From positions 1,280,001-1,344,000 of the forward strand of contig CAVRAY010000001.1 of assembly GCA_963719225.1 (NCBI GenBank): a DNA stretch of 64,000 nt, given 5' to 3'. Every line of letters starts with the position of its first letter. Position 1 is the stretch's first letter. The notes beneath the pieces were generated by a model. It was not told where the DNA came from. It saw nothing but the letters and a program-made list of their open reading frames with translations, and made no database searches. The translations under genes were made by a program, and so were the position numbers. The stretch comes from Thermoanaerobaculia bacterium (GTDB taxonomy: Bacteria; Acidobacteriota; Thermoanaerobaculia; UBA5066). Positions 48,380-57,452 of the stretch are shown piece by piece.

Positions 48380-49858
48380 ATGAAAGCGCACGCCCATGCC
48401 GCCAAAGAGCCTTTCTCGTTCCTCCACATCGATTTCCACGCGCACCCCGCGATCTGGAAGGGCCTTCTCGCCGTCCTGTTCGGCGTGATCGTCGCCCTGC
48501 TGCCGGTCCCGGCGGGCCTCAAGCCGGCAGCGTGGTACTTCTTCGCGCTGTTCTGCGCGGTCGTCGTCGGACTCGTTCTCGAGCCGATTCCCGCCGCCGC
48601 CGTGGGGCTGACCGGCGTCGCCTTCGCGACGGTGACCGGGCTCGTGGAAGCGAAGCCGGCTGATTCCATCCGGTGGGCCCTGTCGGGCTTCTCGAACACG
48701 ACGGTGTGGCTCATCTTCGCCGCGTTCATGTTCGCTCTCGGGTACGAGAAGTCCGGCCTCGGCCGGCGCCTCGCCCTATCGCTCGTGAAGAAAATGGGAA
48801 AGTCGACGCTGGGGCTGGGCTACGCGACCGCCTTCTCCGACGTCATCCTGGCGCCTTTCACCCCCTCGAACACGGCGCGATCCGGCGGGACGATCTTCCC
48901 GGTCATCCGGAACATTCCGGGTCTCTACGGCTCGGAGCCAGGTGAGACCTCGCGGCGCCTCGGCGGACCGCTCATGTGGACCGCTCTCGCGACGACCTGC
49001 GTCACGAGCTCGATGTTCATGACGGGCCTCGCGCCGAACCTTCTCGCGCTCGAGATCGTCAAGAAAACCGCGAAGGTGGACGTCTCGTGGTCCGCGTGGC
49101 TGATCGGCTTCCTCCCGGTCGGCATTCTCCTCGTCGCCGTTCTGCCGTACCTCGTCTCCAAGATCTATCCCCCGGAGGTGAAGCGGAGCCTCGACGTGCC
49201 GGACTGGGCCGGCCGAGAGCTCGGCACGATGGGGCGGGTCTCGAGGAACGAGGTCGTGATGGCCCTCCTCGCCTTGGGCGCACTGGGCTTCTGGATCTTC
49301 GGCGGCAAGCTCGTCGACGCGACGGCCGTCGCTTTCGCGGCGATCGCCGTCATGGTGATCGCGGGAATCGTCAAGTGGGACGACGTCGTGGCGAACAAGA
49401 GCGCGTGGAACGTCCTCGTGTGGTTCGCGACCCTCGTCGCGCTCGCGGACGGTCTGAACCGGGTCGGCTTCGTGACGTGGTTCGCGAAGCGCGCCGCCGC
49501 GCCGCTCGCGGGCTACGCGCCGCTCACGGTCACGATCCTCCTGACGATCCTGTTCTTCGTGACGCACTACATGTTCGCGAGCATCACGGCCCACGTGACG
49601 GCGATGCTCCCCGTCATGCTCGCCGCCGGCGCGGCGGTGCCGGGGATCGACGTGCGGCTCTTCGCGCTACTCCTGTGCTACACGCTCGGGATCATGGGCA
49701 TCCTGACGCCCTACGCGACCGGGCCCTCCCCCGTGTACTTCGGAAGCGGCTACGTCCCGCGCAAGGACTTCTGGCGCCTCGGCGCGATCTTCGGATTCAT
49801 CTACCTCGTCGCGCTCCTCGCGATCGGCGTCCCCTGGATGCTGTACGTCAAGCCCTGA
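48380..49858 (+). CDS. DASS-family anion transporter (CitT/TtdT-like)
   Basis: PSNTARSGG, HYMFASITAH, TPYATGPSPVYFGSGY. Confidence 0.9.
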   Translation: MKAHAHAAKEPFSFLHIDFHAHPAIWKGLLAVLFGVIVALLPVPAGLKPAAWYFFALFCAVVVGLVLEPIPAAAVGLTGVAFATVTGLVEAKPADSIRWALSGFSNTTVWLIFAAFMFALGYEKSGLGRRLALSLVKKMGKSTLGLGYATAFSDVILAPFTPSNTARSGGTIFPVIRNIPGLYGSEPGETSRRLGGPLMWTALATTCVTSSMFMTGLAPNLLALEIVKKTAKVDVSWSAWLIGFLPVGILLVAVLPYLVSKIYPPEVKRSLDVPDWAGRELGTMGRVSRNEVVMALLALGALGFWIFGGKLVDATAVAFAAIAVMVIAGIVKWDDVVANKSAWNVLVWFATLVALADGLNRVGFVTWFAKRAAAPLAGYAPLTVTILLTILFFVTHYMFASITAHVTAMLPVMLAAGAAVPGIDVRLFALLLCYTLGIMGILTPYATGPSPVYFGSGYVPRKDFWRLGAIFGFIYLVALLAIGVPWMLYVKP

Positions 49859-49871
49859 TAGAGGAAGAGAA

Positions 49872-49896
49872 GAATTTCTTAGAAGGGTAAGTAAGG
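49872..49896 (+). repeat. AT-rich motif, intergenic
   Basis: GAATTTCTTAGAAGGGTAAGTAAGG. Confidence 0.65.
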
Positions 49897-50016
49897 CGGG
49901 GGCGGCAGGAGACGCCCCGGCGATTCCAGCGGCTGCGCCCGCAAGAAAAGCACCCTTTCCCGAACCGGAGCAAAGCAGGTTTGTGAGATCCTGTCTCTTC
50001 GAGAGGGAAGCAGACA

Positions 50017-51075
50017 TTGTCCACGACCATGCTCAACGAACAGACCGTTCTCGACGCGCTCAGGCAGGTCAAGTACCCCGGCTTCTCGCGCGACATCGTG
50101 TCCTTCGGTTTCGTCAAGGACCTCGCGGTCGGGGGCGGAAACGTCTCGTTCCGGCTGGCGCTGACGACGGACGCGCCCGCGGCCGCCGAGGCCATCAAAC
50201 AAGAGTGCGAGGCGGTTCTGCGCGGGCTCGAAGGCGTCCGGGCCGTCACGATCGCGGTGCAGGCCGCCCCGCCCCAGTCTCCCGTGATGGCCGGCGCCGT
50301 CGCCCGCAAGGACATCCTCAAGGACACGCGGTTTGTCGTGGCCATCGCCTCGGGCAAGGGCGGCGTCGGCAAGTCCACGGTCTCCGCGAATCTCGCGCTC
50401 GCCCTCAAGAAGCTCGGCTACGAAGTCGGGCTCATGGACTCGGACATCTACGGCCCGTCGCAGCAGATGATGATGGGCATCACGACGAAGCCGTTCGTGA
50501 ACGAGGAGGAGAAGATCCTCCCGATCGAGCGCTTCGGCGTGCGCGTCATGTCCATCGGCTTCCTGATGGACGTCGACACGCCGGTCATCTGGCGCGGCCC
50601 GATGATCTTCAAGGCCGTCGAGCAGTTCCTCGGCGACGTGGCGTGGGGGAAGCAGGACTTCCTCCTCGTGGACCTGCCCCCCGGAACGGGCGACGCGCAG
50701 CTCACGCTGACGCAGAAGGTCGCTCTTTCGGGCGCGGTCATCGTGACGACTCCCCAGGACGTCGCGCTCATCGACGCGCGCAAGGGCCTCGCGATGTTCC
50801 AGAAGGTGAACGTGCCCGTCCTCGGCATCATCGAGAACATGAGCTACTACGAGTGCCCGAAGTGCGGGAACCGCGACGAGATCTTCAAGCACGGGGGCGG
50901 GAAACGGACGGCGGAGCACCTCGGCGTGCCGTTCCTCGGGGAGGTCCCCATCGATCCGCGTGTCGCGATTCAGGGCGACGCCGGCACGCCGATCATGGTG
51001 GCCGAGCCGGAATCGACGGTGTCGAAGGCGTTCCTGAGACTCGCCGAGCAGGTGGCCAAGGCGGTAGGCGCCTGA
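50017..51075 (+). CDS. mrp: Mrp/NBP35 (ApbC) Fe-S cluster carrier ATPase
   Basis: GKGGVGKST, DLPPGTGD, ENMSYYECPKC; start may be ATG 50029. Confidence 0.92.
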   Translation: MSTTMLNEQTVLDALRQVKYPGFSRDIVSFGFVKDLAVGGGNVSFRLALTTDAPAAAEAIKQECEAVLRGLEGVRAVTIAVQAAPPQSPVMAGAVARKDILKDTRFVVAIASGKGGVGKSTVSANLALALKKLGYEVGLMDSDIYGPSQQMMMGITTKPFVNEEEKILPIERFGVRVMSIGFLMDVDTPVIWRGPMIFKAVEQFLGDVAWGKQDFLLVDLPPGTGDAQLTLTQKVALSGAVIVTTPQDVALIDARKGLAMFQKVNVPVLGIIENMSYYECPKCGNRDEIFKHGGGKRTAEHLGVPFLGEVPIDPRVAIQGDAGTPIMVAEPESTVSKAFLRLAEQVAKAVGA

Positions 51076-51159
51076 CGGCGCGGGCGGTCGGAGCCTGACC
51101 TCTCGCGGTACGTTTTTCCGGCGTTGCTAAGATCCGGTCCCAATCAAAAGGAGGACGTC

Positions 51160-51918
51160 ATGGACGGCATGAACCTTTTCGAGTCGCTGTTCCGGTGGGG
51201 ACACGTCGTCGCGGGTGTTCTGTGGATCGGCCTTCTGTGGTTCTTCAATTTCGTGAACTCGAACTTCGCGCCCACGATGGACGGCGACACGAAGAAGAAG
51301 GTCATCCCCGAGCTGATGCCGCGCGCCCTGTGGGCGTTCCGCTGGGGCGCCGCCTGGACGTGGATCACCGGCCTCGTGCTCCTCGGCGTCGTCTACTACA
51401 GCACGGGCCTCGTGTTCAAGGACCCGGCGGTGAAGACGTGGGGGACTGGCGGCATCGCCGTCCTCGTCGCGATCCTCTTCTTCGTCGTGTACGACCCGCT
51501 CGCGAAGGCGATCGCGAAGACCGAGATCCACTTCTGGCTCGGCCTCGTCGTCGCGACGGCCGCCGTTCTGTTCTTCTCGCACGTCGGAGGCTTCGGCTTC
51601 CGCGGCACCGCGATCCACGTCGGCGGCATGTTCGGGACGATCATGGCGGCGAACGTCTGGATGCGGATCTGGCCGGCGCAGAAGAAGATCATCGCGGCTA
51701 CGAAGAACGGCGAGAAGCCGGATCCGGCCCTCGTCGCCATGGCGGGCCTGCGAAGCAAGCACAACACGTACATGTCCGTGCCGTTGATTTTCATGATGCT
51801 GAACGCGCACGCCACGTGGGCCGCAAGCTACGAGTGGGCCTTGCCGCTCGTCGTCCTTCTGGGCTGGGCTTTCACCTACTGGATGTACAAGAAGGCAGCG
51901 ACCGTCAAGGGATTCTGA
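51160..51918 (+). CDS. PuuD-like (urate hydroxylase N-terminal domain) membrane protein
   Basis: RWGHVVAGVLWIG, FRWGAAWTWITG, GTIMAANVW, RSKHNTY. Confidence 0.75.
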   Translation: MDGMNLFESLFRWGHVVAGVLWIGLLWFFNFVNSNFAPTMDGDTKKKVIPELMPRALWAFRWGAAWTWITGLVLLGVVYYSTGLVFKDPAVKTWGTGGIAVLVAILFFVVYDPLAKAIAKTEIHFWLGLVVATAAVLFFSHVGGFGFRGTAIHVGGMFGTIMAANVWMRIWPAQKKIIAATKNGEKPDPALVAMAGLRSKHNTYMSVPLIFMMLNAHATWAASYEWALPLVVLLGWAFTYWMYKKAATVKGF

Positions 51919-51940
51919 GAGGACCGGGAAAGACCAAAGA

Positions 51941-52030
51941 GTTTTTCTTAGAAGAGTGAGGAGGCTTCAGCGCGTTTCGTGCGCTCCGGCCGCGCCTCGC
52001 CGCAAATCCACTTTCTAAGAAATCTTTCTC
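51941..52030. repeat. Paired AT-rich motif, intergenic
   Basis: GTTTTTCTTAGAAGAGTGAGG ... TCCACTTTCTAAGAAATCTTTCTC. Confidence 0.72.
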
Positions 52031-52042
52031 GGCTTTTTCTTC

Positions 52043-52058
52043 TGGCCTGCGCCTTGCT
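52043..52058 (+). promoter_or_regulatory. sigma54 promoter of the CBS gene
   Basis: TGGCCTG-CGCC-TTGCT. Confidence 0.6.
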
Positions 52059-52066
52059 GCGAATAG

Positions 52067-52105
52067 CCTCCACGGGGAGTCCGCGAAGCCCCGTGGAGGT
52101 TTTTT
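52067..52105 (+). terminator. Terminator-like hairpin containing the RBS of the CBS gene
   Basis: CCTCCACGGGG / CCCCGTGGAGG 11-bp stem plus T6, immediately before ATG 52107. Confidence 0.55.
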
Positions 52106-52106
52106 C

Positions 52107-52580
52107 ATGAAGGCCAAGGACATCATGACGGAGAACATCGCGACCGCCACTCCCGAGACGCGCCTGGAAGACATCGCGAAAATGCTCGTCGCGCACGATT
52201 GCGGCGCGATTCCAATCCTGAAGAGTGAGAACTCGAAAAAGCCGGTCGGGATCGTCACCGATCGCGACATCGTCTGCCGCGTCTTCGCGGCCGGGAAGGA
52301 CCCGCGCGAGGCGACCGCGGGCGACTGCATGTCGAGCCCCTGTGTCACGGTGACGCCGGGGACGAAGCTGGACGCGTGCTGCACGACGATGGAGGAGAAC
52401 CGGATCCGCCGCCTCGTCGTCGTGGATCATGACGGCTTCTGCTGCGGGATCGTCTCCCAGGCCGACGTTGCGCGTCGCATCGCGGACAAGGCGGGAGAGA
52501 TCGTGAAGGAAGTCTCGCAGCCGACGGGCTCGGCCTCGGCCGTCACGCCGCGCGAGCAACCGGCGGAGGTCCATCACTAG
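52107..52580 (+). CDS. CBS domain pair protein
   Basis: KDIMT, VGIVTDRDI, IRRLVVVD, GIVSQADV. Confidence 0.9.
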   Translation: MKAKDIMTENIATATPETRLEDIAKMLVAHDCGAIPILKSENSKKPVGIVTDRDIVCRVFAAGKDPREATAGDCMSSPCVTVTPGTKLDACCTTMEENRIRRLVVVDHDGFCCGIVSQADVARRIADKAGEIVKEVSQPTGSASAVTPREQPAEVHH

Positions 52581-52629
52581 GACGGGGTAGGATCGCCTCC
52601 GAGCCACTGGGAACGGCGAGGAGGCTTCG

Positions 52630-54576
52630 TTGACAAGTTCGGGCCGGTCACTCCCGATTGTCGTCACCGTCGTCGCGCTCTCCGGCGTTGTTGGGCTGCC
52701 TTCCCGAGCGGCCACGAACAAGCCGCCGCTTCACGCGAAGAAGTGGCTCGCGATCACGGGCAAGCCGCTGGCCGCGACCGCGGGCGCGATGATCTTCCAG
52801 AAAGGCGGGAACGCCGTGGACGCGGCGGCCGCCATGATCGCCGCGACCGCCACGATGTGGGACACGCTGTCGTGGGGCGGCGAGACGCAGGCGCTGATCT
52901 ACAACCCGAAGACGGGCAAGGTCCTCGGCCTCAACGCGCTCGGCGTCGCGCCGACGGGAGCGACGCTGGAGTTCTTCAAGTCGAAGGGCATGCCGTATCC
53001 GCCCGAATACGGCCCGCTCGCCGCCGTCACACCCGGCACACCCGGGGGAATCATGGTCATGCTCGCCGAGTTCGGGAAGCTTTCGCTCGCCGAGGTCCTG
53101 GGGCCCGCGATCGAGATGGCCGACGGCTATCCCGTCGAGCAGCAGCACGTCTCGACGGCGTCGAGGCAGCGCGACTGGCTCCTGAAGTGGCCCGAGTCGC
53201 GGCGCGTCCTCCTGCCGCGTCCGGGCGACCAGCCGCCGCGGGCGGGGGAGATCTTCCGGCAGCCCGATCTCGCCGCGACGTTGCGGAAGCTCGTCGACGC
53301 CGAGAAGGAGGCGCTCGCGAAACGCAAGAGCCGGAAGGACGCGATCCTCGCGGCGTACGACCGCTTCTACAAGGGCGACATCGCGCAGGAGTTCGTGCGC
53401 GGCTCGCGCGAGGTCGGCGGCCTCCACACACTCGAGGACCTCGCGAAGTGGAAGGTCCGCATCGAGGAACCGGTGAAGACGACCTACAAGGGCATCGACG
53501 TCTACAAGCTCGACGTGTGGACGCAGGGTCCCGCGATGCTCCAGGCCCTGAACGTCCTCGAGGGCGTCGACCTCAAGGGAATGGGCTACAACAGTGCGCG
53601 CTACATCCACGCCCTCTATCAGGCGATGAGCCTCGCATTCGCGGACCGCGACTTCTACTACGGCGACCCATACTTCCCGCCCGCCGAACCCACGAAGGGC
53701 CTTCTCTCGAAGGAGTACGCGAAGAAGCGGGCAGCCACGATCGACTGGGCGAAGAACGATCCGAACGTGAAGCCCGGCGATCCGTACCCGTTCCAAGGAG
53801 AAGAGAATCCGTTCAAGATTTTCTTAGAAAGGTGGAAGACGACCCCGGCGCGCCGCGACGTCGCACCGGAATCCGCGACGCACCTCTCGCGCCACGAGGC
53901 TGGCCCGGCAGCGGCGGCCCAACTCTCGCGCCGCGACGCCGCCGCTTCCTCTTACCCATTCGAAGAATCTTCTTTTCCCTCCGACTCTTTCTTCGCCGGG
54001 ACGACCTCTGTCGAGGCGGCGGACGCGGAGGGATGGGTCGTCTCCGTCACTCCGTCGGGCGGCTGGCTGCCGGCGGTCATCGCAGGGAAGACCGGCATCG
54101 GCATGAGCCAGCGCATGCAGAGCTTCGTCCTTGACGGCGCGGACGGCCCCTTCAACGTTCTCGAGCCCGGCAAGCACCCGCGCGTGACGCTCACGCCGAC
54201 GCTCGCGCTGAAGGACGGCAGGCCGTACCTCTGCTTTTCGGTCCAGGGCGGCGACTCGCAGGATCAGAACCTCCTCCAGTTCTTCCTGAACGTCGTGGAG
54301 TTCGGAATGACGGTCCAGGAAGCCACCGAGGCGGCGAACGTCAACAGCTACCAGATGAGGAGCTCGTTCGGCGCGCACGAGTCGCGCCCGGGCGCGATGA
54401 TGATCCACGCCTCTCTTCCCGCCTGGGTGCGCGGCGAGCTCACGCGGATGGGCTACAAGCTCGAGCCCCACGCGAAGACCTCCGGGCCCATCAACGCGAT
54501 CTATCTCGACCGCGAGCACGGCACGATGTGGGGCGGGTCGAGCGACCACGGGGAGGACTACGGGATCGGGTGGTGA
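52630..54576 (+). CDS. ggt: Gamma-glutamyltransferase family protein
   Basis: GGNAVDAA, FYKGDIA, FADRD, autocleavage GTTSV, PGKHPRVTLTP. Confidence 0.9.
   Translation: MTSSGRSLPIVVTVVALSGVVGLPSRAATNKPPLHAKKWLAITGKPLAATAGAMIFQKGGNAVDAAAAMIAATATMWDTLSWGGETQALIYNPKTGKVLGLNALGVAPTGATLEFFKSKGMPYPPEYGPLAAVTPGTPGGIMVMLAEFGKLSLAEVLGPAIEMADGYPVEQQHVSTASRQRDWLLKWPESRRVLLPRPGDQPPRAGEIFRQPDLAATLRKLVDAEKEALAKRKSRKDAILAAYDRFYKGDIAQEFVRGSREVGGLHTLEDLAKWKVRIEEPVKTTYKGIDVYKLDVWTQGPAMLQALNVLEGVDLKGMGYNSARYIHALYQAMSLAFADRDFYYGDPYFPPAEPTKGLLSKEYAKKRAATIDWAKNDPNVKPGDPYPFQGEENPFKIFLERWKTTPARRDVAPESATHLSRHEAGPAAAAQLSRRDAAASSYPFEESSFPSDSFFAGTTSVEAADAEGWVVSVTPSGGWLPAVIAGKTGIGMSQRMQSFVLDGADGPFNVLEPGKHPRVTLTPTLALKDGRPYLCFSVQGGDSQDQNLLQFFLNVVEFGMTVQEATEAANVNSYQMRSSFGAHESRPGAMMIHASLPAWVRGELTRMGYKLEPHAKTSGPINAIYLDREHGTMWGGSSDHGEDYGIGW
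53817..53980. repeat. Paired AT-rich motif inside ggt
   Basis: GATTTTCTTAGAAAGGTGGAAG ... CCTCTTACCCATTCGAAGAATCTTC. Confidence 0.72.
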
Positions 54577-54905
54577 GGTTGCGGCCTCGGCCGCCAGCGG
54601 AAGGCCTCTAGGTTGATGACGCCCTTTCGGTCGAATCGAACGCCTTCGCGCTTCAGGATCAGCCGCTGGAGGACGTCGTGACCGGAACCATTTCTCCTGA
54701 GGCTGATCGTGCCCTTTGCGTTCACGACGCGCTGCCACGGCACGCGGCTCCCTTCGTGGAGCGCGTTGAGGGCGTAGCCGACGAGGCGCGCGTGGCTTGG
54801 AAGGCCCGCGAGGCGCGCAACCTGGCCGTACGTTGCGACGCGGCCGCGCGGAATCCGCAAGACGACGGCGTAGATCGCGGGGTAGGAGCTCGCAGCAGGC
54901 GTCAT
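54558..54905 (-). CDS. Alkyltransferase-like (ATL/YbaZ) MGMT-family protein
   Basis: IPRGRVATYGQVA, ARLVG, PWQRVV (Trp replaces the catalytic Cys). Confidence 0.88.
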   Translation of the reverse strand: MTPAASSYPAIYAVVLRIPRGRVATYGQVARLAGLPSHARLVGYALNALHEGSRVPWQRVVNAKGTISLRRNGSGHDVLQRLILKREGVRFDRKGVINLEAFRWRPRPQPHHPIP

Positions 54906-55363
54906 CAGTCTCCTCCCTCGAGGCGGGACCAGGACGCCCACACGATCTTCCATCCTCCTTTTCCCGCCTCGAGGCGCACGTCGAAGATCCAGTTCGACGT
55001 GCGCGGGAGAAAGCCCTCGAGTCCGCCGACGGCGCGCGGCCTGCCCGACATCCGCACCTTGAACTTCGCCTGCGCTGCGGCGGGTCCGCGCTGGATTGCG
55101 ACGTCCGAGAGCGTCAGGGAGAGCGACTCGTAGGCGGCGAGGCTCCGGCGCACGAGCGCAGCTGAGTCCGCTTTCCCACCACCTTCCGCATCGCGGAAGC
55201 TCTCCGCCAACCTGCTCAGGACGCCGTCGGCGTCACGCACCTCGGCGGCTGCGATGGCGCCGGTCAGGCACGTCATCGCCGGATCCCGCGGAGCACGGCG
55301 GCAGGCGGAAGCGAAAGAAAGGACGAGGGAGAGAAAAAGAGCGACCTGGAGACGGCAGATCAC
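54905..55363 (-). CDS. Hypothetical lipoprotein (NTF2-like fold possible)
   Basis: GTG overlapping the upstream stop; lipobox ASAC; C-terminal GWKIVWASW. Confidence 0.65.
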   Translation of the reverse strand: MICRLQVALFLSLVLSFASACRRAPRDPAMTCLTGAIAAAEVRDADGVLSRLAESFRDAEGGGKADSAALVRRSLAAYESLSLTLSDVAIQRGPAAAQAKFKVRMSGRPRAVGGLEGFLPRTSNWIFDVRLEAGKGGWKIVWASWSRLEGGD

Positions 55364-57411
55364 CAGATGCTCGGTCTCTCCCCTTCCGCGCGGCGCATCG
55401 GCGTCCCCTCGGCGCACCCGAACGCGTCGTAGAACTCCGGCAGGTTGGAGGTCGGGCCGATCGCCCGCCACTTGCCGGGGCTGTGCGGATTCGTGTTGAG
55501 CTGGACGCGAAGCGCCTCTTCGCGCGACTGGTTGCGCCAGATCGTCGCGAACGAGAGGAAGAAGCGCTGCTCGGGCGTAAAGCCGTCGATCGCGGTGCGC
55601 GGTTTTCCCTCGAGGGCCTTCTGGAGCGCCGCGTAGGCGATCTTGATGCCGCCGAGATCGCCGATGTTCTCGCCGAGCGTGAGCTTCCCGTTGATGGCCT
55701 GGTCGGCGAGCGGCTTGTATCCGTCGAACTGCTTCACGACGAGCGCCGTGCGGGAGTCGTAGGCTTTCCGGTCCTCGGCCGTCCACCAGTTCTTGAGGTT
55801 GCCGTCCGCGTCGTACTGGCTGCCTGAGTCGTCGAACCCGTGGGACATCTCGTGGCCGATGACGACGCCGATGCCGCCGTAGTTCACCGCGTCGTCGGCG
55901 TCCTCGGAGAAGAAAGGAGGCTGGAGGATGCCCGCCGGGAAGACGATCTCGTTCATCGTGGAGCTGTAGTACGCGTTGACCGTCGGGGGCGACATGTTCC
56001 ACTCCGTCCGGTCGATGGGCTTGCCGAGCTTCGCGAGGTTGCGTTTCGTCTCGAAGGTGCGGGCGTTCCTCACGTTCTCGGCGTACGACGCACGGGAGAT
56101 CGCGAGGGACGAGTAGTCCTTCCACTTGTCGGGATAACCGATCTTCACGTTGAAGGCGGCGAGCTTTCTCTGTGCCTGCTTCTTCGTTTCGGCGCTCATC
56201 CACGGCAGCGCGTCGATCCGCTCCTCGAGCGCGGCGCGCAGGTTCTCGACGAGGACGCGCATCCTCTCCTTCGCACGCGGGCTGAAAGCGCGCGCCACGT
56301 AGAGAGGCCCCAGAGCCTCGCCGAGCGCCTGGTCCGTCGCGGCCTGGACGCGCCTCCAACGCGGCTCCTGCTCCGGGACGCCCATCAGAGTCTTGCCGCT
56401 GAACGCGAAGGCCTCCTCCTGGAAGGCCTTCGAAAGGTACGGCGCCGCCTGGCGGAGGACGTGCCACCTCAGGTATGTCCGCCAGGTCTCCGCGGGAACG
56501 GTGCGCGAAAGCTCTCCGAACGCGACGAAGAAGCGCGGTTGCCGGACGTTGACCTCCGTGGCAGAGGAGGTGCCGAGGTCCGTGAAGAAGCGCGGAAAGT
56601 CGAAGCCGGGGGCTTCGGAGGCCAGCGCCGCGAGCGTCCTCTTGTTGTAGGTCTTCTGGGGGTCGCGATTCTCGACGCGCGTGAGCGCGGGCTCCGCGAG
56701 CTTGGTCTCGAGCGCCATGACGACGTCGGCGGACGCTTTCGCCTTTTCGGGAGAGGCGCCGGAGAGCTCGAACATCTTCGCGACGTGGACCCGATAGGCG
56801 TCGCGGAGGCCTTTCGACTTCGGATCTTCCTTCGTGTAGTAATCGCGGTCGGGAAGGCCGAGGCCGCCCTGGCCGAGGATGCCGATGTACCGCGTGCTCT
56901 CGCGGGCGTCCTGGCCGACGCGGAAGTTGAATCCGACCTCGAGACCCCGGGCGTGGAGGTCCGCGAGCACCACGGGAAGGTCGGCAGGGGTTTTCAGCTT
57001 GTCGATCTCGGCGAAAAGGGGCGCGAGGGGCTTCGTCCCCGCTTTCTCGATCGCAGCCTCGTCCATCCCGGCGGCGTAGAAGTCGCCGACTTTCTGCTCG
57101 TTCGATCCCTTCGGCCAATCGGTCTTCGCCGAAGTCTTCTCGAGGATCTTCTTCAGGATCTCGCGATTGCGGTCCGAGAGCTCCTGGAATCCGCCGTAGC
57201 TGGCGCGGTCGGCCGGGATGGGATGTGCTTTCAGCCAGGAGCCGTTCGCGTATTGGTAGAAGTCGTCGCACGGCTTGACGGACGTATCGAAGTTCGCGGA
57301 ATCGATCGGCTTCGGCTTCGCGGGCGCGGCGGGCTGGGCGTTCGCGGCGGCCGGGACGGCGAGAAGGGCGAGGGCGAGCACGGCTCTACGAATGGACACG
57401 GGGACCTCCAT
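55360..57411 (-). CDS. M13-family metallopeptidase (PepO/neprilysin-like)
   Basis: PCDDFYQYANG, VNAYY, HEMSH, GENIGD, PHSP. Confidence 0.94.
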   Translation of the reverse strand: MEVPVSIRRAVLALALLAVPAAANAQPAAPAKPKPIDSANFDTSVKPCDDFYQYANGSWLKAHPIPADRASYGGFQELSDRNREILKKILEKTSAKTDWPKGSNEQKVGDFYAAGMDEAAIEKAGTKPLAPLFAEIDKLKTPADLPVVLADLHARGLEVGFNFRVGQDARESTRYIGILGQGGLGLPDRDYYTKEDPKSKGLRDAYRVHVAKMFELSGASPEKAKASADVVMALETKLAEPALTRVENRDPQKTYNKRTLAALASEAPGFDFPRFFTDLGTSSATEVNVRQPRFFVAFGELSRTVPAETWRTYLRWHVLRQAAPYLSKAFQEEAFAFSGKTLMGVPEQEPRWRRVQAATDQALGEALGPLYVARAFSPRAKERMRVLVENLRAALEERIDALPWMSAETKKQAQRKLAAFNVKIGYPDKWKDYSSLAISRASYAENVRNARTFETKRNLAKLGKPIDRTEWNMSPPTVNAYYSSTMNEIVFPAGILQPPFFSEDADDAVNYGGIGVVIGHEMSHGFDDSGSQYDADGNLKNWWTAEDRKAYDSRTALVVKQFDGYKPLADQAINGKLTLGENIGDLGGIKIAYAALQKALEGKPRTAIDGFTPEQRFFLSFATIWRNQSREEALRVQLNTNPHSPGKWRAIGPTSNLPEFYDAFGCAEGTPMRRAEGERPSIW

Positions 57412-57452
57412 GAGCGGATCTTACGAATTTCGGGGCAAGACGAACGCCCGGG

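Noticed and set aside
54905-57271. 788-aa ORF overlapping the M13 peptidase
   Set aside because: Only the last 152 codons (from GTG 55363) look like a real protein; the rest is an alternative frame of the peptidase.
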